The notes: generated by a model not told the origin, from the sequence alone. A stretch of 64,000 bases of DNA from Cyclobacteriaceae bacterium (GCA_028281285.1 JANQKF010000031.1:5335-69334), one strand, 5' to 3'; shown: positions 27,358 to 37,076, counted from the stretch's first letter. Numbers and translations are program-made.

Positions 27358-28485
27358 ATGAAATATTTAGCCCTTTTATATTTGATGTTCTCTCCCATCT
27401 GGGTCTTTGCTCAGTCTGAAGACAATAAAGACATCCTATTGCGAACCGAACAACAGGATGACACCTACCTGGCTGGAGATTCCATTCTGGTAGCTGCTAC
27501 TATTAATGGTGATTTAGTTGTTGCCGGACGACAACTTGTAATTAACGACAGCATTTATGGGGATTTGACTGCTGCAGGTTCCGAATTATCAATTAACCAA
27601 TTTATAGCTGATGATGCCAGAATAGCAGTAGGTAAGATTATTGTCGACAGCGAGATTGGGGATGACTTGGTGGTTTTTGCAGGAGAAGTGCTGATCACCG
27701 AAAATGCCATTGTCAATGGCAATTTGAAATGTATTGCCAAGAAAATTGAAATAAATGGCAAAGTTGTTGGCAACCTTGATATCAAAGGAAGCACTGTTCA
27801 GATTAATGGGGAATTCTACGGCAATTCGAAATTAATCGGTGACGATATCACAATCGAATCTCAAGCCAAGTTTTACAAGGATGTAGAATACTGGAGTCTT
27901 GATGACAATATAGATTTTGAGGGAGCACTGGTAAATGGTGAAGCGCGTTATAACCAGACACTCGAAGAAGAAAAATCAGAGATGTCTTTGCTAACCATGG
28001 GAATGAACTCTTTTTCCTCTTGGATCTTCTACATCGTATCGGTGCTGTTGGTTATTCTTTTGATCCATGGGCTTTTGAGAAACGCATTTTCCGATGCAGT
28101 AGTGGAGTTGGAAAACAAATACTTGAAAAGCTTTGGCTTTGGGCTCATCTATCTCATTGGCATTCCTCTGGTTATCGCGATTGCTTTTATGATTGGAATT
28201 GGTCTTCCATTAGGCCTGTTCATGACTGGGATATTCATTTTTAGTCTGTTGGTTGGTCACTTTATCTCAGCCTTAGTAATTGTTTACTTCATCAAACACA
28301 AAAGAGAAATAGACTGGAACTTCTGGAGTATCTCTTTGCTGGCTTTGTTGATTACAATCATATTGCGCCTGTTAACCAACATACCCTATGTTGGCATATT
28401 CCTGTCTGTAATAATTCTATCAACAACCTATGGGGCATTAACACTAAGGGCGCTTCGCACTAAACCATATTTACTAAAAAAATAA
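27358..28485 (+). CDS. Bactofilin-like beta-helix (polymer-forming cytoskeletal-type) repeats fused to a multi-TM C-terminal domain
   Basis: Signal peptide; repeats INGDLVVAG/IYGDLTAAG/IGDDLVVFAG/VNGNLK/VVGNLDI; about 4-5 TM helices at the C-terminus. Confidence 0.75.
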   Translation: MKYLALLYLMFSPIWVFAQSEDNKDILLRTEQQDDTYLAGDSILVAATINGDLVVAGRQLVINDSIYGDLTAAGSELSINQFIADDARIAVGKIIVDSEIGDDLVVFAGEVLITENAIVNGNLKCIAKKIEINGKVVGNLDIKGSTVQINGEFYGNSKLIGDDITIESQAKFYKDVEYWSLDDNIDFEGALVNGEARYNQTLEEEKSEMSLLTMGMNSFSSWIFYIVSVLLVILLIHGLLRNAFSDAVVELENKYLKSFGFGLIYLIGIPLVIAIAFMIGIGLPLGLFMTGIFIFSLLVGHFISALVIVYFIKHKREIDWNFWSISLLALLITIILRLLTNIPYVGIFLSVIILSTTYGALTLRALRTKPYLLKK

Positions 28486-28489
28486 AACG

Positions 28490-28876
28490 ATGAACAAGCA
28501 GCATTCAAATATCGCGGTTCTTAAGAAATTCGATCCAATGAATAAGACAGTGATGACTGAGATTTTGGCAAAAGATTTTATCTGGCATTTTATTAATCCT
28601 GAACTGCCTGATATCCAAGGGGACTATTTAGGTGCTGAAGGTTTGGTTAACTTTTTTAAAACAATGGCCGGGCAAACAGATGGTACCTTTAAAGTAAACC
28701 CTCTATCTATTACTCCAATCGGTGATGAATTTGTGGTGGTGCATGTAAAAGACACAATGACTTTAAATGGCAAACAAATGAAAGTTGATGCCATTGTGGT
28801 ATGGCACATTGTTGATGAGAAGATTAAAGAAGCATGGGACATACCGGCTTTACATACTGCGACTGTTGTTGAATAA
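28490..28876 (+). CDS. NTF2/SnoaL-like protein
   Basis: LAKDFIWH...GDYLGAEGLVNFF...VVWHIVDEKIKEAW. Confidence 0.8.
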   Translation: MNKQHSNIAVLKKFDPMNKTVMTEILAKDFIWHFINPELPDIQGDYLGAEGLVNFFKTMAGQTDGTFKVNPLSITPIGDEFVVVHVKDTMTLNGKQMKVDAIVVWHIVDEKIKEAWDIPALHTATVVE

Positions 28877-29087
28877 AATCAAGACAATAGAAGCCAAACT
28901 CCGAATGGCCCTAATTGATGTGTCATTATATCGAATCAAACCTAAAGGCATTGATTGGTTAATCCAGAATTTTATCTTCAACTTCTGATCGTTCTGAATA
29001 TCTCGAATAGAGGAGGAACGAACGAATAGGTTCCGATATGAGGTGTTGACCAGTATATCTTAAACTCGAAAAACTAACGATCCAACC

Positions 29088-29858
29088 ATGACTAACTTGG
29101 CAGACAGTATAACAATCATAGACGTAACAGCAGATAATGTTGCGGAAACAGGTGTCTACTGCATTAAGAACAAAAAAGCCCCTGGTTACCACAAGAAAGT
29201 TGCTTGGTTTCAAGATAAAATCAACAACGGGCTCAAAATCAAAATTGCTGTCGATGATCATGATAATCAGTTGGGCTTTGTAGAACTCATCCCTTCAGAA
29301 CTTGCCTGGCGCCCTGTCGATGCTCAGAATTATTACTTCATTCAATGCATTGTTGTTTTTAGTAAAGGGGTGAGAAATCAGAATATCGGAAGCACTTTAC
29401 TCACTGAATGCGAGCAGGAAGCCAGAAAAGATAACAAAGAAGGAATTTGTACGATGACCAGCAAAGGACCATGGATGGCAAATGAAGAGCTGTTTTTGAA
29501 AAATGGCTTTGTTGTAGCCGCCCGGATCGATCGTTTTGAATTAATGTATAAATCATTATCGGCAAAAAGCTCCTCCCCTAAACTCAAGGATTGGACCACT
29601 TCTCAAAAATCGTTTACAGGATGGAACCTAATTTATTCAGACCAATGCCCTTGGCATGATAAGTCCGTAACTGACCTGTCTAAGGCCGCAGAAAAGAATG
29701 GCATCGAATTGAAAGTGACTCGCCTTACCACTCCTCAAGACGCTCAGAATGGTCCTTCCGGCTTTGGAACCTACGCTTTGATCAAAGATGGAAGACTTCT
29801 GGCAGATCATTACATCAGTAAAACCAGGTTTGAAAACATATTGAAAAAGGAAAAATAA
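29088..29858 (+). CDS. GNAT family acetyltransferase with YoaP-like C-terminal domain
   Basis: GYHKKVAWF, IQCIVV..KG.RNQNIGSTLL, YSDQCPW, QNGPSGFGTYAL. Confidence 0.82.
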   Translation: MTNLADSITIIDVTADNVAETGVYCIKNKKAPGYHKKVAWFQDKINNGLKIKIAVDDHDNQLGFVELIPSELAWRPVDAQNYYFIQCIVVFSKGVRNQNIGSTLLTECEQEARKDNKEGICTMTSKGPWMANEELFLKNGFVVAARIDRFELMYKSLSAKSSSPKLKDWTTSQKSFTGWNLIYSDQCPWHDKSVTDLSKAAEKNGIELKVTRLTTPQDAQNGPSGFGTYALIKDGRLLADHYISKTRFENILKKEK

Positions 29859-29882
29859 TCAGTATCCAAATCGCTGAATCAA

Positions 29883-30812
29883 ATGAACGAGCAACAAATC
29901 ATCGATTGGTTACTTCAAGGAGATGTTTCAATACAATATCAGGTTCATCGCGATTTACTGGGCATTGATGATGCAGATCTACAGTCCAGAATAGCCCATG
30001 AGGGTTGGGGTAAACAATTTCTATCTCAACGAAGGTCAAATGGTCACTGGGGAGATCGTTTCTATCAACCCAAATGGGCTTCCACTCATTACACACTGCT
30101 TGATCTTCGGAATTTAGGGCTCAGTCCTGATAATGAAACGGTGAAAGAATCAATAGACCTGGTCCTGGAAGCAGGCAAGGCAGAAGATGGTGGTATCCCT
30201 CTCGGCCCATCAACTTCACAACGTAGTGATGTCTGTGTAAATGCTATGTTTTTAAACTACGCTTCCTACTTCAATACTCAGGCAAAGAAATTGCATTCCA
30301 TTGTTGATAGCATTCTTCACGAGATTATGGCCGATGGTGGCTTTAACTGCCGTACCACAAGAAGTGGTGCTAGCCATAGTTCGTTACACTCAACCATTTC
30401 AGTACTTGAGGGGCTTTTTGAATTTCAAAAAACAGGATCTCACTATAGAAGGAAAGATGTTCAAAGCGCTCTGGAAAGTGCCAAAGAATTCGTCCTTTTG
30501 CATCGTCTATTCCTTTCAGACCGGACCGGTGAAATCATCCATAAAGACTTTCTGAAATTGCCCTTTCCAAGCAGATGGAAGTTTGATATCCTTCGTGGTT
30601 TGGACTACCTTCAATATTCAAATAGTGAATGGGACCCTCGAATGGATGAAGCGATCAACGTCTTACTTCAAAAAAGGAAGAGCATCGGAACATGGAATAT
30701 GCAAGCTGCTTATCCGGGGCAGGTTCACCTTGTTATGGAAAAAGCAGGTGCCCCCAGCAGGTGGAATACTTTAAGAGCCCTGCGAGTGTTAACTCATTTT
30801 AATAGGATCTAG
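29883..30812 (+). CDS. Conserved hypothetical protein with prenyltransferase/squalene-cyclase-like alpha-toroid motifs
   Basis: NGHWG..FYQPKWASTHYTL, DGGFNC, RWKFDILRGLDY, PSRWNTLRALRVL. Confidence 0.7.
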   Translation: MNEQQIIDWLLQGDVSIQYQVHRDLLGIDDADLQSRIAHEGWGKQFLSQRRSNGHWGDRFYQPKWASTHYTLLDLRNLGLSPDNETVKESIDLVLEAGKAEDGGIPLGPSTSQRSDVCVNAMFLNYASYFNTQAKKLHSIVDSILHEIMADGGFNCRTTRSGASHSSLHSTISVLEGLFEFQKTGSHYRRKDVQSALESAKEFVLLHRLFLSDRTGEIIHKDFLKLPFPSRWKFDILRGLDYLQYSNSEWDPRMDEAINVLLQKRKSIGTWNMQAAYPGQVHLVMEKAGAPSRWNTLRALRVLTHFNRI

Positions 30813-30864
30813 TCTGGAAATGAGATCAATTTCCTTTAAAGATGTCAAAAGAAGATTCAACCTC

Positions 30865-31689
30865 ATGAAACAATTCATTTATATGCTGTGCCTATTGTTT
30901 GTATCCACAGCTATATTAGCCCAAGGCAAATTATTCATCATTGGAGGAGGCAAACGCCCGGCATCGATGATCAATACGCTCATTGATGAAGCGGATGTCC
31001 GAAATGATGGCTACGCGGTAGTGCTACCTATGTCTTCGTCTAACACGGAGGACGCTATGTTATACGGAAAAAAGCAGTTTGTTGACAATGGAATAGCCAA
31101 GGTGACAGCGTTCAATTTTGTCAAGGATCAGAAGCCTGATCCCGTTCTGCTTGACTCTCTCCGCAAGGCCAGTCTGATTTATATTTCAGGAGGTAGCCAA
31201 AGCAGATTCATGGGGGTTGTTCGAGGTACAGAGATAGAAAAAGCAATTTGGGATTGCTACAGAAACGGTGGCACCATTGCCGGGACGAGTGCCGGTGCTG
31301 CGGTAATGAGTGAAAAAATGATCACAGGCAATCAAATGGGTTATCCTGATGCCGATGGAGGGTTTAGGGTAATTGAAGCAGGAAATACCGAAACCGTTGA
31401 AGGTCTTGGCTTCCTTAAAAATGCGATCATAGACCAACATTTTGTGAAGCGAAGTAGATTTAACCGGTTAATCACCTTATCCATTGAAAACCCATCGCTC
31501 AAGTGCATCGGGATTGATGAATCTACAGCCATTCTCGTCACGGGCAACAAAGCCAGAGTTGTGGGTGAATCACAGGTGATTGTATTTGATGGATCGAAAG
31601 GAAAAAAACTGGAAAACGGCTCAAAACTCGGTATGAAGAATCTTGGTTTGAGTATCTATCTTAATGGTCAGGAATTCTCATTAAATTGA
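30865..31689 (+). CDS. Cyanophycinase (peptidase S51), exported
   Basis: GKLFIIGGG, SGGSQ, GTSAGA, IIDQHF...RFNRL, GIDE; signal peptide MKQFIYMLCLLFVSTAILAQ. ORF track start is 30820. Confidence 0.85.
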   Translation: MKQFIYMLCLLFVSTAILAQGKLFIIGGGKRPASMINTLIDEADVRNDGYAVVLPMSSSNTEDAMLYGKKQFVDNGIAKVTAFNFVKDQKPDPVLLDSLRKASLIYISGGSQSRFMGVVRGTEIEKAIWDCYRNGGTIAGTSAGAAVMSEKMITGNQMGYPDADGGFRVIEAGNTETVEGLGFLKNAIIDQHFVKRSRFNRLITLSIENPSLKCIGIDESTAILVTGNKARVVGESQVIVFDGSKGKKLENGSKLGMKNLGLSIYLNGQEFSLN

Positions 31690-31721
31690 AGTCAGTATCA
31701 ATCACTTGAAATCAAAGAACA

Positions 31722-32093
31722 ATGGAAGTTACCGCTGAAAAAAATGAGGCTATAGGGAAATTGATATTTGCATCCATTTATCCTCACTACTTGAATAGAC
31801 TGGAGAAGAATGGCAGAACAAAAGAAGAACTCCATCAGGTGATAGAATGGCTAACAGGTTTTGATGAAACCAAGCTTCACTCATTGATTGATGAGAAAGT
31901 AGATTTCCGAACATTCTTTCAACAGGCCAACATGCACCCCAATGCCCATATGATCAAAGGAGTAGTTTGTGGATACCGTATTGAAGATATCGATGATGAA
32001 TTTGAACTGTACCGACAATGTCGCCAAATGGAAAAGTTGATTGATGAATTGGCGAGGGGTCGGAAAATGGAAAAAATATTGAGAGAAGCATAG
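31722..32093 (+). CDS. DUF2200-family protein
   Basis: FASIYPHYL...GRTKEEL..VIEWLTG...IKGVVCGYRIE...KLIDELARG. Confidence 0.88.
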   Translation: MEVTAEKNEAIGKLIFASIYPHYLNRLEKNGRTKEELHQVIEWLTGFDETKLHSLIDEKVDFRTFFQQANMHPNAHMIKGVVCGYRIEDIDDEFELYRQCRQMEKLIDELARGRKMEKILREA

Positions 32094-32099
32094 CAACTC

Positions 32100-32996
32100 A
32101 TGATTGAGGCCATCAAAACACCCGAATCCCGATTCGAAAATTTGCCTGATTACCCTTTCAAAAGCAACTATCTGAAGGCAGAAGAAGGTATAAGCATGCA
32201 TTATGTAGATGAGGGTGATATGAATGATCCGGTAGTGTTAATGTTGCATGGAGAACCAAGCTGGTCTTATCTATATAGGAAGATGATCCCCATATTGGTC
32301 GACAATGGTTTTAGAGCCGTTGCTCCAGATCTCATAGGTTTCGGCAAATCCGACAAACCCGTAAACCGAACTGACTATTCCTATCAGAAACATATTGACT
32401 GGCTGACCACATTTATTGAGCAGCTAAACCTGAGGAACATAATTCTGTTTTGTCAAGACTGGGGTGGACTCACGGGTTTACGCCTGGTCACACTAATGGA
32501 AGACAGGTTTTCCATGGTGATTGCCTCCAATACATGGTTACCTGTTGGGAATATCCCAATGCCCGAGAGCTTTTTACAATGGCGCGAATACTCGCAACAC
32601 TCTCCCGGATTTAACATTGGCAAAGTACTCAATATGGGCACACTTCAGGAGCTTTCTGAAGAAGTGATAGCTGCCTACAATGCCCCCTTTCCCTCTGAAG
32701 AATACAAAGCTGGTGCACGCATGTTCCCAACGCTGGTCCCAATAGAACCAGATGATCCGGAGTCACTCAAAAACCGAAAGGCATGGGAAATTCTCGGCAA
32801 GTGGGAAAAGCCCTTTCTCACGATTTTTGGAGAGGGCGATGACATCATGATCGGTGCTGAAAAATTCTTCCAGCAAATGATCCCGGGCGCTAAAGGGCAG
32901 AAACATGCGCTATTAAATGCCGGACACTTTATCCAAGAAGAAAAAGGAGAAGAGTTGGCCGAATTGATTGTGCAGTTTTATCAGGATAATGCATAA
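32100..32996 (+). CDS. Haloalkane dehalogenase (DhlA-like subfamily)
   Basis: KTPESRFENLP, HGEPSWSYLYR, QDWGG (nucleophile Asp plus halide Trp), AGHFIQE. Confidence 0.9.
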   Translation: MIEAIKTPESRFENLPDYPFKSNYLKAEEGISMHYVDEGDMNDPVVLMLHGEPSWSYLYRKMIPILVDNGFRAVAPDLIGFGKSDKPVNRTDYSYQKHIDWLTTFIEQLNLRNIILFCQDWGGLTGLRLVTLMEDRFSMVIASNTWLPVGNIPMPESFLQWREYSQHSPGFNIGKVLNMGTLQELSEEVIAAYNAPFPSEEYKAGARMFPTLVPIEPDDPESLKNRKAWEILGKWEKPFLTIFGEGDDIMIGAEKFFQQMIPGAKGQKHALLNAGHFIQEEKGEELAELIVQFYQDNA

Positions 32997-33016
32997 AAAA
33001 AGCCGCTAAAGCGGCT
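32995..33016 (-). terminator. Intrinsic terminator hairpin AGCCGC-TAAA-GCGGCT
   Basis: Lies between convergent genes; the A6 tract on + gives the U-tract for the minus-strand transcript. Confidence 0.7.
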
Positions 33017-33039
33017 CACTAAAATTGTCTGGATTACAC

Positions 33040-33399
33040 CTATTGCGCATTGTCGTAATAGAACCGTTCGTGAACGATCTTATCCCCTTCCCATCGCTGA
33101 ACACCGGCCTGCTCCATTACTACACGATTGCCATCTTTAAAGGTCACGTCCATCGCGGTCTCGTGAAATACAATCCCATTCTCTTCATCGGCAGCAATGC
33201 TTTTTACCTCGAGATTATGAAACTCTTCAATGAAGTTCAGAAAATCCACTTCTTTGACACGACAGGCCTCTTTGCCTTCCGTAGTTCCTCTGGGTTCAGT
33301 CATTACGACATTGTCAGCATAATATTTGTCAAACGCTTCCAGGAGTTGACCCTGCCCTAGCATGTTGTAGATGTCTTCAGTTTTTTCTTTGTAGCTCAT
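33040..33399 (-). CDS. SnoaL-like/NTF2 family protein
   Basis: EAFDKYYADNVVMTE...VQRWEGDKIVHERFYY. Confidence 0.85.
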   Translation of the reverse strand: MSYKEKTEDIYNMLGQGQLLEAFDKYYADNVVMTEPRGTTEGKEACRVKEVDFLNFIEEFHNLEVKSIAADEENGIVFHETAMDVTFKDGNRVVMEQAGVQRWEGDKIVHERFYYDNAQ

Positions 33400-33540
33400 T
33401 GTGTTTTAATTTATATGTACATACATACAAACATATAAAATACTATTTAGTTCAATTCGATGTAATAATTCTTTTCGAATAGAAACCTCATCTCTCCCAA
33501 CACTTTGCTCTTATGGAATATATAGAGAACTTACCTGATA

Positions 33541-34446
33541 ATGGAGATTGATTATCCCTTGTTAATTGATGGCGGCCTTTCGAATGCACTCGAAGGTCAA
33601 GGTCTTGAATTGGACCATCCTCTTTGGTCAGCCAGACTCCTGGATTCCAATCCCGAAGCCATAGTTCAGGCTCACCTTGCCTATTTGGAGGCAGGGGCCC
33701 GATGTATTATCACTTCGAGTTACCAGGCCACCATACCCGGTTTTTTGAACTCGGGCTATAGTCAGAAGCAGGCTGAAACATTGATCCTAAAAACCGTAGA
33801 GTTAGCTGAGCGAGCAATCGGGATCTTCTTAAGTAATCATGAGGTTCCCAATAAACCATTGATTGCGGCCAGTATTGGTCCTTACGGTGCTTACCTCGCA
33901 GATGGTTCGGAGTATCATGGAAAATATGCAATATCATCTGATGATTTAAGAAGTTTTCATCTCGGAAGAATGAAAATGCTAGCAAGGTCCAATGCCGATT
34001 TTTTTGCTTGTGAAACCATCCCCAGCTATCAGGAAGCAAAGGTCTTGGCCGAAATTTTGGAATCGATCAATAAACCCGCATGGGTTTCTTTCACCTGTCA
34101 AAATGAGCAACAGCTCCGGGACGGCACCACAATTGAAAAGTGCATTTCCCTGTTTTCAAATCATGACAATGTCTTTGCCATTGGTATTAATTGTACTGCT
34201 CCAGAATACATTTCCGGTTTGATCAAACGGATAACCATTCTCTCCGCGGATAAGAAAGTTCTGGTGTATCCAAACTCAGGTGAGCTGTATGATGCCCAAA
34301 CCAAAACCTGGTGCACCACCAGCGAACCTGCCTCCTTCTCGCAATTAGCGCAAGAATGGATAAGTCTGGGAGCTGATATCATTGGAGGATGTTGTAGAAT
34401 TGGGCCTACACATATTCAATCACTATACAAGGAGCTAAGAAAATGA
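33541..34446 (+). CDS. mmuM: Homocysteine S-methyltransferase
   Basis: LLIDGG, LWSARLL, SIGPYGAYLADGSEY, CETIP, GINC, YPNSG, IGGCC (zinc ligands). Confidence 0.92.
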   Translation: MEIDYPLLIDGGLSNALEGQGLELDHPLWSARLLDSNPEAIVQAHLAYLEAGARCIITSSYQATIPGFLNSGYSQKQAETLILKTVELAERAIGIFLSNHEVPNKPLIAASIGPYGAYLADGSEYHGKYAISSDDLRSFHLGRMKMLARSNADFFACETIPSYQEAKVLAEILESINKPAWVSFTCQNEQQLRDGTTIEKCISLFSNHDNVFAIGINCTAPEYISGLIKRITILSADKKVLVYPNSGELYDAQTKTWCTTSEPASFSQLAQEWISLGADIIGGCCRIGPTHIQSLYKELRK

Positions 34447-34473
34447 AGTATCTCTGCCTGTTCTCAAGTCACA

Positions 34474-34929
34474 ATGACAAAAAAATGGATAGACCTTATC
34501 ATGGATGATTCTATAGTAATTAGACTGGCAGAAATGGCCGATATACCACGATTATTAGAAGTAGGAAATCACCTATTCGATAATCCGATCGATGAAGATC
34601 GTGCAAAAGAGTTCTTCTTGGATGACAGACATTATTTAGTAATTGCTTTAAAAGAGGAAAAAGTGATAGGAATGGCATCAGGTTTTCTGTATGTCCACCC
34701 TGACAAGGACCCTTCAATGTTTATTATGGAAGTTGGTGTAGCTGATGAATACCAAAACCAAGGCATTGGCCGTGAAGTCGTCAAGACCTTGGTTCACCGT
34801 GCCAGACTCCTGGGTGCCAGGGAATCATGGATAGCTACCGAAGAGTCAAATATTGCAGCCCGGAAAGCCTACCAGGCAGCCGGGGGCAGAGAAGCCAAGG
34901 AAAGAGCAATAGTCTATGATTTCAAGTGA
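34474..34929 (+). CDS. GNAT family N-acetyltransferase
   Basis: EVGVADEYQNQGIG motif A; NIAARKAY motif B. Confidence 0.85.
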   Translation: MTKKWIDLIMDDSIVIRLAEMADIPRLLEVGNHLFDNPIDEDRAKEFFLDDRHYLVIALKEEKVIGMASGFLYVHPDKDPSMFIMEVGVADEYQNQGIGREVVKTLVHRARLLGARESWIATEESNIAARKAYQAAGGREAKERAIVYDFK

Positions 34930-35050
34930 TGTATCGTTGCAAGTGCCTAAAAGCATATGTCGTCCTCCTTTCTTCTCGGGTGTAATTCACCTTACGATTT
35001 ACAAACAAAAACAACGCGGGCAGACTTTTAATACTGAAATTGAAAGCGAT

Positions 35051-35692
35051 ATGATCTCCCGGTTTTTTTGCATTGGTTTCTGTTTGTTTTTGACCACTCT
35101 CCATACATCCGTATTTGGACAAGATCAAAACACCAATAAGCCTCAATTGCAGTTTCAATTTGATTCCAGAAATACTTTCGTTAGCGGGGAAGCCGTAGGC
35201 ATCTTTGGGGTTCGTGGCGGACTTCTTTTCAATCAGAAATTCGAGATAGGGTTAGGTGCATATGGCTCCAACGTCCTGAATTTCCTTGGAACAGAAATCA
35301 CCAAAGACTATATAGACAATAGTCTGGTTCCTGCTCAGACCGTTCAGGCTACTATTGGTTTTGAATATGCTTCTCTTTATGGAGAATACACCGTTCTAAA
35401 CAACAACCGATGGACATTAACCGTCAACAGCCAATATGGTATGGGACGGGTGAATATCCGCATTCCTGAAACCGGAGGTGTCGAACGACTCAAAAGAGAG
35501 AACAAAGGGCTTGTTGAACATTCGGTGAAAATGAAATACCAATTCAACTCATGGCTAAAACTCATTGGTGGTTTCGGATATCGCTACCTTCTGGGAGGAG
35601 AAAAGCAAATCAAGGACGCTTTTAACGCCCCCATCTATTTGATTACCGGAGAAATTGACTTCAAAAAGCTAATTCAGGCAGTCAAAAATTAA
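35051..35692 (+). CDS. Outer-membrane beta-barrel-like hypothetical protein
   Basis: Signal peptide MISRFFCIGFCLFLTTLHTSVFG, then amphipathic strands. ORF track start 34916 is probably overextended. Confidence 0.65.
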   Translation: MISRFFCIGFCLFLTTLHTSVFGQDQNTNKPQLQFQFDSRNTFVSGEAVGIFGVRGGLLFNQKFEIGLGAYGSNVLNFLGTEITKDYIDNSLVPAQTVQATIGFEYASLYGEYTVLNNNRWTLTVNSQYGMGRVNIRIPETGGVERLKRENKGLVEHSVKMKYQFNSWLKLIGGFGYRYLLGGEKQIKDAFNAPIYLITGEIDFKKLIQAVKN

Positions 35693-35774
35693 TCACGAGG
35701 CTAATCTTCTGATTTCAATGATTTGATTATACTGAGGAATTTTAGGAAATTAATGGTAAATCCATTTGTCATTC

Positions 35775-37076
35775 ATGCATTCATTAGCTCATATCCCCTA
35801 TAAGTCAAGGACTGAACCTGCATCGGTAAGACCTTATCAGGAAAGGCCAACCACTCAACTAAAGGTGGCTCAAAAGTCTGAAGACAAAGCCAGCGAATCC
35901 AAGAACAACACCGGCATGCCTGATCAACTAAAATCTGGTGTAGAAAATCTTTCCGGGATATCTATGGATGATGTAAAAGTACATTATAACTCAAGCAAAC
36001 CGGCCCAGTTACAGGCACATGCCTATGCACAGGGTAATCAGATTCACCTGGCTCCGAGTCAGGAGCGACACCTCCCCCACGAAGCCTGGCATGTCGTGCA
36101 GCAGAAACAAGGGCGGGTCAACGCCACCCGACAGCTAAAAGGAAAAGTCAATATTAATGATGATCAGAGTTTGGAAAAGGAAGCGGATTCAATGGGTCAA
36201 CTGCTATCCAGTGGTAAGAATGAGGTCCATCAGAGAAAGCCAAAACAATTATTGAGTTCAACGGTCAATGGGAATTGCATTCAACGCAAAGGGGTTAAAG
36301 AACAGTTGCTTAAGGCACATGTCAAGTTTGAAAATTTCAAAGAAGAGACTGAGGACATCGAAAATCAGGTAGATAAGGTTTCACGCGCCATTTATAACAA
36401 TTATAAAATCCCGACCTATCAAAAGCAGGTACAACGCACAGGTCTATTCGGGCGGCCGATTTTTCATTTTGGTCAACCGGTGTATGATACGCAAACTCAT
36501 CAAGACTTTGATCAGGCTATTGATAACAAGAATGCACGGGTTAAACAGAATAATGTAGAGGATGAAGCACTCGATAATGCAACCCGTTTGAATCATTGGT
36601 CTGGAAATGCATTAGTGGCAAGTCAAAGATTATTTGCTGAATTAAGAGGAGCAGTCAAAGTTGTAAATACAAATCAGGTCTTTGGACTTCAAGATATTAA
36701 GTTTGGAAAAGATACAGATACGGAGGCAGATGTAGTAATCCATCACAATACCGCCATGGAATCAAAACAAATTGGTTCAGCCTCCCAAGCTGCTGTCGAT
36801 GGACATATTACAAAAGGATGTCAGCAGCTAAAGAAGAGAACTGCCCAAAACGATCACGTTCTTTATCTTGAGATCATTAATAACGAAAACCCTTGGCCAT
36901 TTACACCCGCGAAATTACAAAAGATGATAGATGATAATGACCAACCTTCCGCGAACTATGTTAAAAACACTGCAAAAAACCGGACAGAAAAGTATGGAAA
37001 GACCAATGAGAAAGTCAAAGTTGAGGTGAATAGTTCAAATCCATATGTCGGTGAATTGTCATTCTATATTAACTGA
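35775..37076 (+). CDS. DUF4157 (eCIS core) domain protein with a variable C-terminal domain bearing a PD-(D/E)xK-like motif
   Basis: NNTGMPDQLKSGVENLSG.SMDDVKVHYNS.KPAQLQAHAYAQG.QIHL...HLPHEAWHVVQQKQGRV, then CIQRK, then EADVV...MESK...KGCQQL. Confidence 0.85.
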   Translation: MHSLAHIPYKSRTEPASVRPYQERPTTQLKVAQKSEDKASESKNNTGMPDQLKSGVENLSGISMDDVKVHYNSSKPAQLQAHAYAQGNQIHLAPSQERHLPHEAWHVVQQKQGRVNATRQLKGKVNINDDQSLEKEADSMGQLLSSGKNEVHQRKPKQLLSSTVNGNCIQRKGVKEQLLKAHVKFENFKEETEDIENQVDKVSRAIYNNYKIPTYQKQVQRTGLFGRPIFHFGQPVYDTQTHQDFDQAIDNKNARVKQNNVEDEALDNATRLNHWSGNALVASQRLFAELRGAVKVVNTNQVFGLQDIKFGKDTDTEADVVIHHNTAMESKQIGSASQAAVDGHITKGCQQLKKRTAQNDHVLYLEIINNENPWPFTPAKLQKMIDDNDQPSANYVKNTAKNRTEKYGKTNEKVKVEVNSSNPYVGELSFYIN

